DNA of 64,000 nt. Origin: Eledone cirrhosa. Its lineage: Eukaryota. Both the position numbers and the translations under genes were made by a program. Location of the stretch: contig OZ024747.1 in NCBI GenBank assembly GCA_964016885.1, forward strand, positions 84,444,001-84,508,000, in the 5' to 3' direction. Shown here piece after piece: positions 1 through 15,943 of the stretch; the first letter of the stretch is position 1, and every line of letters begins with the position of its first letter. A model generated the notes under the pieces. That model was not told the DNA's origin. It searched no databases and saw only the letters and a program-made list of their open reading frames with translations.

Positions 1-2584
<2,584 letters not shown>

Positions 2585-5500
2585 ATGATGTTCCCTGCTG
2601 TATTAGCGTTAAATTTTCCCTGCTGTATTAGCGATAAATTTTCGAGGGTTTCTCTTAGTAGCTTTTTCATGTCGTTAATATTATGATGTTCCCTGCTGTA
2701 TTAGCGTTAAATTTTCCCTGCTGTATTAGCGATAAATTTTCGAGGGTTTCTCTTAGTAGCTTTTTCATGTCGTTAATATTATGATGTTCCCTGCTGTATT
2801 AGCGTTAAATTTTCCCTGCTGTATTAGCGATAAATTTTCGAGGGTTTCTCTTAGTAGCTTTTTTCATGACGTTATTATTGTTAATTTTACTGATGTAGTA
2901 TTAACTTATTAACTTGGATATTTACCATGCGGTATTCTAATCCTATTGTATCTCTCTCAGTTATTTACCATGCGACCCTCAGTTCCTACCCCCCCCCCCC
3001 CCCCCCCCCTCTATGCACTTCTTTGAGGCTTACTACCCTGTCTTTAACCTAATTCATTCAATCTGAAAATATTGAAGAGATAAGACACTTTGCCATTCTT
3101 CTCTGCTAAAATGTACCACTAGAGCTGATTCAAATTTTCCCAGCCAGCCATCCACCTAATCTACGAAGGTATTTTAGCCTACATATTGTCGTTAATATTA
3201 TGATGTTCCCTGCTGTATTAGCGTTAAATTTTCCCTGCTGTATTAGCGATAAATTTTCGAGGGTTTCTCTTAGTAGCTTTTTCATGTCGTTAATATTATG
3301 ATGTTCCCTGCTGTATTAGCGTTAAATTTTCCCTGCTGTATTAGCGATAAATTTTCGAGGGTTTCTCTTAGTAGCTTTTTCATGTCGTTAATATTATGAT
3401 GTTCCCTGCTGTATTAGCGTTAAATTTTCCCTGCTGTATTAGCGATAAATTTTCGAGGGTTTCTCTTAGTAGCTTTTTCATGTCGTTAATATTATGATGT
3501 TCCCTGCTGTATTAGCGTTAAATTTTCCCTGCTGTATTAGCGATAAATTTTCGAGGGTTTCTCTTAGTAGCTTTTTCATGTCGTTAATATTATGATGTTC
3601 CCTGCTGTATTAGCGTTAAATTTTCCCTGCTGTATTAGCGATAAATTTTCGAGGGTTTCTCTTAGTAGCTTTTTTCATGACGTTATTATTGTTAATTTTA
3701 CTGATGTAGTATTAACTTATTAACTTGGATATTTACCATGCGGTATTCTAATCCTATTGTATCTCTCTCAGTTATTTACCATGCGACCCTCAGTTCCTAC
3801 CCCCCCCCCCCTCTATGCACTTCTTTGAGGCTTACTACCCTGTCTTTAACCTAATTCATTCAATCTGAAAATATTGAAGAGATAAGACACTTTGCCATTC
3901 TTCTCTGCTAAAATGTACCACTAGAGCTGATTCAAATTTTCCCAGCCAGCCATCCACCTAATCTACGAAGGTATTTTAGCCTACATATTGTCGTTAATAT
4001 TATGATGTTCCCTGCTGTATTAGCGTTAAATTTTCCCTGCTGTATTAGCGATAAATTTTCGAGGGTTTCTCTTAGTAGCTTTTTCATGTCGTTAATATTA
4101 TGATGTTCCCTGCTGTATTAGCGTTAAATTTTCCCTGCTGTATTAGCGATAAATTTTCGAGGGTTTCTCTTAGTAGCTTTTTCATGTCGTTAATATTATG
4201 ATGTTCCCTGCTGTATTAGCGTTAAATTTTCCCTGCTGTATTAGCGATAAATTTTCGAGGGTTTCTCTTAGTAGCTTTTTTCATGACGTTATTATTGTTA
4301 ATTTTACTGATGTAGTATTAACTTATTAACTTGGATATTTACCATGCGGTATTCTAATCCTATTGTATCTCTCTCAGTTATTTACCATGCGACCCTCAGT
4401 TCCTACCCCCCCCCCCCCTCTATGCACTTCTTTAAGGCTTACTACCCTGTCTTTAACCTAATTCATTCAATCTGAAAATATTGAAGAGATAAGACACTTT
4501 GCCATTCTTCTCTGCTAAAATGTACCACTAGAGCTGATTCAAATTTTCCCAGCCAGCCATCCACCTAATCTACGAAGGTATTTTAGCCTACATATTGTCG
4601 TTAATATTATGATGTTCCCTGCTGTATTAGCGTTAAATTTTCCCTGCTGTATTAGCGATAAATTTTCGAGGGTTTCTCTTAGTAGCTTTTTCATGTCGTT
4701 AATATTATGATGTTCCCTGCTGTATTAGCGTTAAATTTTCCCTGCTGTATTAGCGAATAAATTTTCGAGGGTTTCTCTTAGTAGCTTTTTCATGTCGTTA
4801 ATATTATGATGTTCCCTGCTGTATTAGCGTTAAATTTTCCCTGCTGTATTAGCGATAAATTTTCGAGGGTTTCTCTTAGTAGCTTTTTTCATGACGTTAT
4901 TATTGTTAATTTTACTGATGTAGTATTAACTTATTAACTTGGATATTTACCATGCGGTATTCTAATCCTATTGTATCTCTCTCAGTTATTTACCATGCGA
5001 CCCTCAGTTCCTACCCCCCCCCCCCCCTCTATGCACTTCTTTGAGGCTTACTACCCTGTCTTTAACCTAATTCATTCAATCTGAAAATATTGAAGAGATA
5101 AGACACTTTGCCATTCTTCTCTGCTAAAATGTACCACTAGAGCTGATTCAAATTTTCCCAGCCAGCCATCCACCTAATCTACGAAGGTATTTTAGCCTAC
5201 ATATTGTCGTTAATATTATGATGTTCCCTGCTGTATTAGCGTTAAATTTTCCCTGCTGTATTAGCGATAAATTTTCGAGGGTTTCCCTTAGTAGCTTTTT
5301 CATGTCGTTAATATTATGATGTTCCCTGCTGTATTAGCGTTAAATTTTCCCTGCTGTATTAGCGATAAATTTTCGAGGGTTTCTCTTAGTAGCTTTTTCA
5401 TGTCGTTAATATTATGATGTTCCCTGCTGTATTAGCGTTAAATTTTCCCTGCTGTATTAGCGATAAATTTTCGAGGGTTTCTCTTAGTAGCTTTTTTCAT

Positions 5501-7905
5501 GACGTTATTATTGTTAATTTTACTGAATGTAGTATTAACTTATTAACTTGGATATTTACCATGCGGTATTCTAATCCTATTGTATCTCTCTCAGTTATTT
5601 ACCATGCGACCCTCAGTTCCTACCCCCCCCCCCCTCTATGCACTTCTTTGAGGCTTACTACCCTGTCTTTAACCTAATTCATTCAATCTGAAAATATTGA
5701 AGAGATAAGACACTTTGCCATTCTTCTCTGCTAAAATGTACCACTAGAGCTGAATCAAATTTTCCCAGCCAGCCATCCACCTAATCTACGAAGGTATTTT
5801 AGCCTACATATTGTCGTTAATATTATGATGTTCCCTGCTGTATTAGCGTTAAATTTTCCCTGCTGTATTAGCGATAAATTTTCGAGGGTTTCTCTTAGTA
5901 GCTTTTTCATGTCGTTAATATTATGATGTTCCCTGCTGTATTAGCGTTAAATTTTCCCTGCTGTATTAGCGATAAATTTTCGAGGGTTTCTCTTAGTAGC
6001 TTTTTCATGTCGTTAATATTATGATGTTCCCTGCTGTATTAGCGTTAAATTTTCCCTGCTGTATTAGCGATAAATTTTCGAGGGTTTCTCTTAGTAGCTT
6101 TTTCATGTCGTTAATATTATGATGTTCCCTGCTGTATTAGCGTTAAATTTTCCCTGCTGTATTAGCGATAAATTTTCGAGGGTTTCTCTTAGTAGCTTTT
6201 TCATGTCGTTAATATTATGATGTTCCCTGCTGTATTAGCGTTAAATTTTCCCTGCTGTATTAGCGATAAATTTTCGAGGGTTTCTCTTAGTAGCTTTTTT
6301 CATGACGTTATTATTGTTAATTTTACTGATGTAGTATTAACTTATTAACTTGGATATTTACCATGCGGTATTCTAATCCTATTGTATCTCTCTCAGTTAT
6401 TTACCATGCGACCCTCAGTTCCTACCCCCCCCCCCCCCTCTATGCACTTCTTTAAGGCTTACTACCCTGTCTTTAACCTAATTCATTCAATCTGAAAATA
6501 TTGAAGAGATAAGACACTTTGCCATTCTTCTCTGCTAAAATGTACCACTAGAGCTGATTCAAATTTTCCCAGCCAGCCATCCACCTAATCTACGAAGGTA
6601 TTTTAGCCTACATATTGTCGTTAATATTATGATGTTCCCTGCTGTATTAGCGTTAAATTTTCCCTGCTGTATTAGCGATAAATTTTCGAGGGTTTCTCTT
6701 AGTAGCTTTTTCATGTCGTTAATATTATGATGTTCCCTGCTGTATTAGCGTTAAATTTTCCCTGCTGTATTAGCGATAAATTTTCGAGGGTTTCTCTTAG
6801 TAGCTTTTTCATGTCGTTAATATTATGATGTTCCCTGCTGTATTAGCGTTAAATTTTCCCTGCTGTATTAGCGATAAATTTTCGAGGGTTTCTCTTAGTA
6901 GCTTTTTTCATGACGTTATTATTGTTAATTTTACTGATGTAGTATTAACTTGGATATTTACCATGCGACCCTCAGTTTCCCTGCTGTATTAGCGATAAAT
7001 TTTCGAGGGTTTCTCTTAGTAGCTTTTTCATGTCGTTAATATTATGATGTTCCCTGCTGTATTAGCGTTAAATTTTCCCTGCTGTATTAGCGATAAATTT
7101 TCGAGGGTTTCTCTTAGTAGCTTTTTCATGTCGTTAATATTATGATGTTCCCTGCTGTATTAGCGTTAAATTTTCCCTGCTGTATTAGCGATAAATTTTC
7201 GAGGGTTTCTCTTAGTAGCTTTTTTCATGACGTTATTATTGTTAATTTTACTGATGTAGTATTAACTTATTAACTTGGATATTTACCATGCGGTATTCTA
7301 ATCCTATTGTATCTCTCTCAGTTATTTACCATGCGACCCTCAGTTCCTACCCCCCCCCCCTCTATGCACTTCTTTAAGGCTTACTACCCTGTCTTTAACC
7401 TAATTCATTCAATCTGAAAATATTGAAGAGATAAGACACTTTGCCATTCTTCTCTGCTAAAATGTACCACTAGAGCTGATTCAAATTTTCCCAGCCAGCC
7501 ATCCACCTAATCTACGAAGGTATTTTAGCCTACATATTGTCGTTAATATTATGATGTTCCCTGCTGTATTAGCGTTAAATTTTCCCTGCTGTATTAGCGA
7601 TAAATTTTCGAGGGTTTCTCTTAGTAGCTTTTTCATGTCGTTAATATTATGATGTTCCCTGCTGTATTAGCGTTAAATTTTCCCTGCTGTATTAGCGATA
7701 AATTTTCGAGGGTTTCTCTTAGTAGCTTTTTCATGTCGTTAATATTATGATGTTCCCTGCTGTATTAGCGTTAAATTTTCCCTGCTGTATTAGCGATAAA
7801 TTTTCGAGGGTTTCTCTTAGTAGCTTTTTTCATGACGTTATTATTGTTAATTTTACTGATGTAGTATTAACTTGGATATTTACCATGCGACCCTCAGTTC
7901 CTACC
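2585..7905 (+). repeat. Higher-order tandem array: about 30 copies of a 98-bp monomer in runs of 3 or 5, separated by a ~320-bp poly-C-containing spacer
   Basis: Monomer ATGATGTTCCCTGCTGTATTAGCG... starts at 2585, 2683, 2781; further runs start at 3200, 4002, 4609, 5218, 5825, 6629, 7551. There are seven long spacers and two shortened ones (~6910-6975, ~7830-7905). Copies are near-identical. Confidence 0.96.
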
Positions 7906-8148
7906 TCACAATTTCCCTCCCCCCCACCCCCACACACCACCATAGTCTATTCGACCAATCAAACCTAGCATGCCATTTCCACTGCTGCTGCTGCTACTAC
8001 CTGCCTAACTAACTCTCTCCTCCTCTGGCGCATCCCAACACACCCTGCCATTACCCCACCACCATTGTCCTTCTAGCCCTCAATTTTCCCACCGTTAGGG
8101 ATGGATGAGCTGGGAATACACGAGCAACTCTGAATCAATAGATGAAAT

Positions 8149-11100
8149 ATGAATCTGCGAGCTACCAAGCACCCACGTGAAGCGCCAACCCAGAGACCCT
8201 CCCCTACGAGTGTCGACAAATGCCCAAAACTCCGAGTTGGTACCATCAATGTAGGCTCAATGAAAGGAAGAGCAGGAGAAATCGTAGAAATGCTAGAGCG
8301 AAAGGAAGTTGATGTATGCTGTGTGCAAGAGACTAGATGGAGAGGAGGGTCTGCTAGAGTCCTTGTAGGAAAAAGCCAGTGCTACAAATTTTTCTGGGTA
8401 GGAAATGACGATGGGATGGGTGGTGTAGGTATACTATTAGCTGACAAGTGGGTAGATAAAGTAATCTCAGTGTACAGGGTAAATGCAAGAATCATTAAAC
8501 TCAGACTAGTCCTGAATAAGACAATTACCACAATAATATCAGCTTACGCACCCCAATCGGGGCTGCCAGACGAACTTAAGGATAGGTTTTACGAGTCCCT
8601 AATACACACTACTGCTCTAACAGACGACAAGGACTTCCTAATCATTGCAGGAGATTTTAACGGACACGTAGGTAAACACTGCGACGGCTTCAATAGAGTA
8701 CATGGAGGCCATGGAGTTGGCACAAGGAATGAGGAAGGATTCAGACTTCTAGAATTCTGCGACGCCAATGACATGTCGATATGTAACACAAACTTTAAAA
8801 AACCCGACAACCACCTGATCACCTATAGATCAGGGGAGCACTCTAGTCAGTTAGATTTTATCCTCATCAGAGGACGTGACAGATGGACGGTCGTAAACAC
8901 AAAAGCCTTCCCTAGTGAGGAATGTACATCCCAACATAGCTTAGTTGTCAGCGACCTCACGGTCAGAACTAGACGAGCCCTGAAACAGAGGCCAACCTGG
9001 AGAAGAAAGATCTGGAAGCTGAAAGTCCCCTCAACCAGTAACAGATTTAAAGATATTTTACTCAACGCCTACGACAGTAAAGAAGAACAGATAGAGACAT
9101 TTAACGTAGAAGAGAACTGGGAGTTCCTAAAAAATAACTTACTAGAGGCGACGGATGAGGTTTGTGGCTGGAGTAAGACCTCAAGCAGGAGGAGAGTGAC
9201 TTGGTGGTGGAACAATAAGGTAGATGAAGCAGTCAAGGCCAAGAGACAGGCATGGAAAGAATGGAAGAACGGGGGGAGCAGGGTACATTACATAGAGACC
9301 AAGAGGGAAGCTAGGCGACAAGTATACTTAGCTAGGAGGGAAGCAGAGGATAGAAAATTCAAGCATGTTTTACAACGTGAGGACCAGAAACAGGAGGTAT
9401 TCAAGATTGCGAGGCAGTGTGTCAGAGATAGTTGTGATGTCATTGGAGAGAAGTGTATCCGGAATGATAAAGGTGAGCTTGCCCTCACAAGTGCTGAGAA
9501 GAAAGATGCATGGAAGAGTCATTATGATAGATTACTAAATGAGGAGAATGCATGGGAAGAAGAGACCCTACCCCACGTAGACCCTATAGAGGGACCAGCA
9601 GTACAAGTCAGCGGCAGCGTAGTAAGTAAGGCAATCAGAGATATGAAGATAGGGAAGGCAACCGGTCCATCGGGTATAGCTGCCGAGATGCTGAAGGCAT
9701 CTGGGTCTGTAGGTCACACTATAACCACACGTATCATTAACCAGGTAATACTAGAGGGGGCCATACCAAAAGATTGGTGCAGTAGCATCATTGTCAACTG
9801 CTACAAAGGTAAAGGCGATGCACTAGATAGAGGAAACTATAGAGGTATAAAGTTGATGGACCAGGTCATGAAAGTAACAGAAAGAGTTATAGCACAGCTG
9901 ATTAGGGACCGGGTGAATATAGACGAGATGCAATTTGGGTTTGTTCCAGGGAAAGGCACCACTGATGCGCTCTTCCTTGTGAGGCAATTACAGGAAAAGT
10001 ACCTAGCTAAAAGTAAGCCACTCTACTTGGCATTTGTCGACCTTGAGAAAGCCTTTGACAGAGTTCCACGTGCAGTAATCTGGTGGGCTCTTAGAAAACT
10101 AGGAGTAGATGAATGGCTTGTGAAAGCGGTACAAGCCATGTATAGGGGAGCAGTCAGCAAAGTTAGGATTGGCAATGAGTATAGCGAGGAATTTAGCGTA
10201 CAGGTTGGGGTCCACCAGGGCTCTGTTCTTAGCCCTCTCCTGTTCATCATAGTCCTGCAGGCAATAACGGAGGAGTTTAAGACCGGATGCCCATGGGAAC
10301 TCCTGTATGCTGATGACCTCGCACTCATAGCTGAATCTATGGTAGAACTAGAGAATAAATTCCAAACCTGGAAGCAGGGACTAGAGAGAAAGGGCCTCAA
10401 AGTCAACATGACAAAGACTAAGGTCCTTATAAGTAGACGAGAAAACAGAACCCAGATCCCCTCAGGGAAATGGCCTTGCTCAGTATGTAGGAAAGGTGTA
10501 GGTAGGAACTCCATTCTTTGCCCCAAATGCAAACAATGGGTACACAAGAGATGTAGCGGGATCTCAGGAAGCTTAATTAAGAATGTAGGATTCACATGCA
10601 GCAGCTGTGCTGAAACAGCAAGCAAACAGCCACAGGAAACAAGTACCACCAATCTCTGGGAGGGCCCTGTAGAAACAGTAGACAGCTTCTGCTACCTAGG
10701 TGACCGAATTAGCAACGGAGGTGGGTGCTCAGAAAGTACAATAACTAGGGTAAGAACGGGATGGAAGAAGTTTAGGGAACTACTACCACTGCTAGCTGCA
10801 AAAGGCTTCTCCCTCAGAATGAAAGGCAGACTGTATGATGCGTGTATCCGAACAGCGATGTTGCATGGTAGTGAGACCTGGGCGCTGAAGGTGGAAGACT
10901 TACGTAGATTAGAGAGAAACGAAGCCTGCATGCTCCGATGGATGTGTAACAGTAATATACGTGAACGACAAAGCATAAATGAATTGAGAGAGAGACTGAG
11001 CATAAGAGGAATCAAATGCTGCGTGCAGGAGAGGCGGTTACGCTGGTATGGACATGTGATGCGTATGAAGGATGACAGCTGCATAAAAAGGTGCAGAGCA

Positions 11101-11268
11101 CTAGAAGTTGATGGAAACCGCGGAGTGGGGAGACCCAAGATGACTTGGGATGAGGTGATAAAAGCCGACCTTACCCAACTACACCTCTCAAAGTCAATGA
11201 CACACGACCGTGACTTCTGGCGTCACGCAGTAATACAGGGTACCCGACCTCCCATGGGTACATGCTGA
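8149..11268 (+). CDS. RTE-clade LINE ORF: APE endonuclease, reverse transcriptase and inserted PHD-type (C4HC3) finger; intact 1039 aa
   Basis: EN motifs NVGSM, VQETRW, GVGI, SAYAPQ, GDFNGHVG, LDFIL. RT motifs [35 protein letters not shown]-type C-terminus [11 protein letters not shown]...GRPKMTW. No stops or frameshifts. Confidence 0.96.
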   Translation: MNLRATKHPREAPTQRPSPTSVDKCPKLRVGTINVGSMKGRAGEIVEMLERKEVDVCCVQETRWRGGSARVLVGKSQCYKFFWVGNDDGMGGVGILLADKWVDKVISVYRVNARIIKLRLVLNKTITTIISAYAPQSGLPDELKDRFYESLIHTTALTDDKDFLIIAGDFNGHVGKHCDGFNRVHGGHGVGTRNEEGFRLLEFCDANDMSICNTNFKKPDNHLITYRSGEHSSQLDFILIRGRDRWTVVNTKAFPSEECTSQHSLVVSDLTVRTRRALKQRPTWRRKIWKLKVPSTSNRFKDILLNAYDSKEEQIETFNVEENWEFLKNNLLEATDEVCGWSKTSSRRRVTWWWNNKVDEAVKAKRQAWKEWKNGGSRVHYIETKREARRQVYLARREAEDRKFKHVLQREDQKQEVFKIARQCVRDSCDVIGEKCIRNDKGELALTSAEKKDAWKSHYDRLLNEENAWEEETLPHVDPIEGPAVQVSGSVVSKAIRDMKIGKATGPSGIAAEMLKASGSVGHTITTRIINQVILEGAIPKDWCSSIIVNCYKGKGDALDRGNYRGIKLMDQVMKVTERVIAQLIRDRVNIDEMQFGFVPGKGTTDALFLVRQLQEKYLAKSKPLYLAFVDLEKAFDRVPRAVIWWALRKLGVDEWLVKAVQAMYRGAVSKVRIGNEYSEEFSVQVGVHQGSVLSPLLFIIVLQAITEEFKTGCPWELLYADDLALIAESMVELENKFQTWKQGLERKGLKVNMTKTKVLISRRENRTQIPSGKWPCSVCRKGVGRNSILCPKCKQWVHKRCSGISGSLIKNVGFTCSSCAETASKQPQETSTTNLWEGPVETVDSFCYLGDRISNGGGCSESTITRVRTGWKKFRELLPLLAAKGFSLRMKGRLYDACIRTAMLHGSETWALKVEDLRRLERNEACMLRWMCNSNIRERQSINELRERLSIRGIKCCVQERRLRWYGHVMRMKDDSCIKRCRALEVDGNRGVGRPKMTWDEVIKADLTQLHLSKSMTHDRDFWRHAVIQGTRPPMGTC

Positions 11269-11544
11269 AGCATATAAACAATATGCCCTCCCCCCCCCCC
11301 CCCCCCCCACCGCAAGGTGGTCGTGGAGGTGCCACGGCAAAAAAGCACCCAGCCCACACTGTAAAGTGGACGTGTAGGCGCCACGAAAAAGCACCCAGCA
11401 CTCACTGTAAATGAGGTTGGTGTTAGGAAGGGCATCCAGCTGTAGAAATCAAGCCAGATCAGTTCCTGTATGAGCAAGGCATGGTCAGCCGACCAGACAC
11501 TGCCCACAACAGGACAACCCGTCTAACCCATGCTGAGTTTATAC

Positions 11545-13787
<2,243 letters not shown>

Positions 13788-14086
13788 AACGGCATTCCTG
13801 TATTAACGACATCACAACTTTCTCCGCTTGGCCTGTTTCCCCCCCTTTTGGAACTTTCCCCCGTTGATGGGCGTGAGCCCGAAATATTGGGATTAAATCT
13901 CCACTACGGTAACCCTTCTACCTTTGTTTTGTTTTCATCTTTGTCTCTCTCAATTTTCACTTTCACCTGTTTTTCCTATCTATCTTTCACTTCCTACCTC
14001 GAGATTTCCCTCTGCATTGTTGTGGCTTTCTTAAATACGTATTTTACACATTTCACAATGCTTCAAGCAAACTTTAACACCCTCTT
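13788..14086 (+). mobile_element. Possible Penelope-like element terminal fragment
   Basis: Hammerhead-like TTGAT-GGGC-GTGA-GCCC-GAAA at 13864-13884 (non-canonical core); non-coding island inside (TA)n. Confidence 0.35.
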
Positions 14087-14149
14087 ATATATGTATATAT
14101 ATATATGTATATATATATGTATATGTATATATATATGTATATATGTATG

Positions 14150-14200
<51 letters not shown>

Positions 14201-14227
14201 GTATATATATATATGTATATATATATG

Positions 14228-14258
<31 letters not shown>

Positions 14259-14329
14259 GTATATATATATGTATATATACATATATATATGTATATATAT
14301 ATATATGTATATATATGTATATATATATG

Positions 14330-14408
<79 letters not shown>

Positions 14409-14505
14409 GTATATATATATGTATATATATATATATGTATATATATATGTATATATATATATATGTATATATATATGTATATATATATATATGTATATAT
14501 ATATG

Positions 14506-14554
<49 letters not shown>

Positions 14555-14558
14555 GTAT
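14087..14558. repeat. Interrupted (TA)n microsatellite
   Basis: Direct inspection. Confidence 0.97.
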
Positions 14559-14559
14559 A

Positions 14560-15000
14560 GAAAGATTTGAATGGATACAGTTTAGTTGAAAGGAATTTAT
14601 TGACACGTGTTTCTATAACAGTTACATAACCTAAAACAGCTATCTACAAACTTTTAGTTATGCAGACATTCAATATTTCAATGTTATTATTTACTGTCAT
14701 TTCATCAGAATAATATTACTGAGGACCTATTTAGTTTTTATAGAGAATATTAGGAGGGAGGGGTGAAGTTGTTAGAAGAATAGTTGAAGGAGTGGTTTTT
14801 CGATAGCAGTGAGAATTCTTGGTGGCAGTGAGTAATTAGATTCCCATCTGTTGTTTTGACATTTTTTATAGAATATATTATTGGTTATTTTTCTAAATCT
14901 ATAGAAGGATTAGAGATAGTAAAGATATGCGTGGTTGGTTTTGTGTTTGCACTTAACATTCAGACTTAAATTTTTCTTTCAAGTGTACGTATTCTTTCAC
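14560..15000 (-). mobile_element. Possible degenerate Penelope-like element 3' fragment
   Basis: Minus strand reads CTGATGA-AATG...CATT-GAAA (about 14708-14676), a hammerhead core with a degenerate stem III. Confidence 0.35.
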
Positions 15001-15282
15001 CCACGCATTCACACACAAATATATTTGCACACCTCTACAAAATACATATACTCACAATTCACATATTCATACTTACATATATATACACATGCATACACAT
15101 ATATATACACACATGTATTCATGTACATACATACGCGCTCATGTGTATACATTTTCATACTCAACTTATCTTTATATATACACACGTATAGACACACACA
15201 TATATACATACACACTCTAGTCCATGTGTACACACATACACATACATACACATCCATATACACATACATACATACACATATA

Positions 15283-15336
<54 letters not shown>

Positions 15337-15510
15337 CATACATATACATATATACACACATATACATATACACACACACATATATATATATATAAGCACT
15401 TTAATACATGAATACACTTACATCTAACTATACACATCAACTATACACATCAAACATATATATATATTTACTTATTTATATACATTTTCACATATATATA
15501 CATACTTATG
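15000..15510. repeat. Degenerate (CA/TA)n low-complexity tract
   Basis: CATA/CACA/TATA mosaic. Confidence 0.85.
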
Positions 15511-15571
15511 GACGTTTTTAGACACATTCATTATCACATATTTGTACCTATTCTCATCAGCATATCTTTTC

Positions 15572-15690
15572 ATTCAAATCCCGCTGAGGTTGACTTTGCC
15601 TTTCATCCTTACGGGGTCGATAAAATAAAGTACCAGTAATGCACTGGGTAATTGCTGGCCTTGTGCCAAAAAGTAGAAACAATTATTAGT
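15572..15690 (+). mobile_element. tRNA-derived SINE, partial (B box, Nin-like core, ATT tail)
   Basis: TTCAAATCCCGCTGAGGTTGACTTTGCCTTTCATCCTTACGGGGTCGATAAAATAAAGTACCAG...GAAACAATTATTA; near-identical copies at 41175, 49682 and 55210(-). Confidence 0.85.
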
Positions 15691-15856
15691 ATGGTAATTT
15701 AAGGTTATTAATATATGTTGAGAAGAGATTGTATATATATGTATATATATATGTATATATATATGTATATATATATATATGTATATATATCATATATATA
15801 ATGTATATATATATATGTATATTATATATGTATATATATATGTATATATATATGTC

Positions 15857-15887
<31 letters not shown>

Positions 15888-15943
15888 GTATATATATATG
15901 TATATATATATATATGTATATAATATATATATGTATATATATA

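Larger units (their letters stand above)
2585..11534 (+). mobile_element. Near-full-length RTE LINE (family A) with putative tandem-repeat 5' region; lacks the extreme 3' end and (GAT)n tail
   Basis: Array, ~240-bp leader, ORF and 3' UTR form one block between two (TA)n tracts. The 3' UTR matches the solo 3' end at 35791-36015 but stops at ...AACCCATGCT (11534). That the array belongs to the element is inference. Confidence 0.7.

Noticed and set aside
2585-2682. Ribozyme fold in the 98-bp monomer
   Set aside because: Only short stems are visible (CCCT/AGGG, GCTG/TAGC); I could not identify a hammerhead core or an HDV-like pseudoknot by eye.
2585-7905. CRISPR-like or coding interpretation of the array
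   Set aside because: Spacers are identical rather than unique, there are no cas genes and the context is eukaryotic. The 98-bp unit is not a multiple of 3 and its short ORFs (MMFPAV..., MKKLLRE...) close quickly.
8589-11138. Antisense ORFs over RTE copies (also 45087-46127, 31952-32236, 54353-54637)
   Set aside because: They are shadows of the RT reading frame with no independent motifs.
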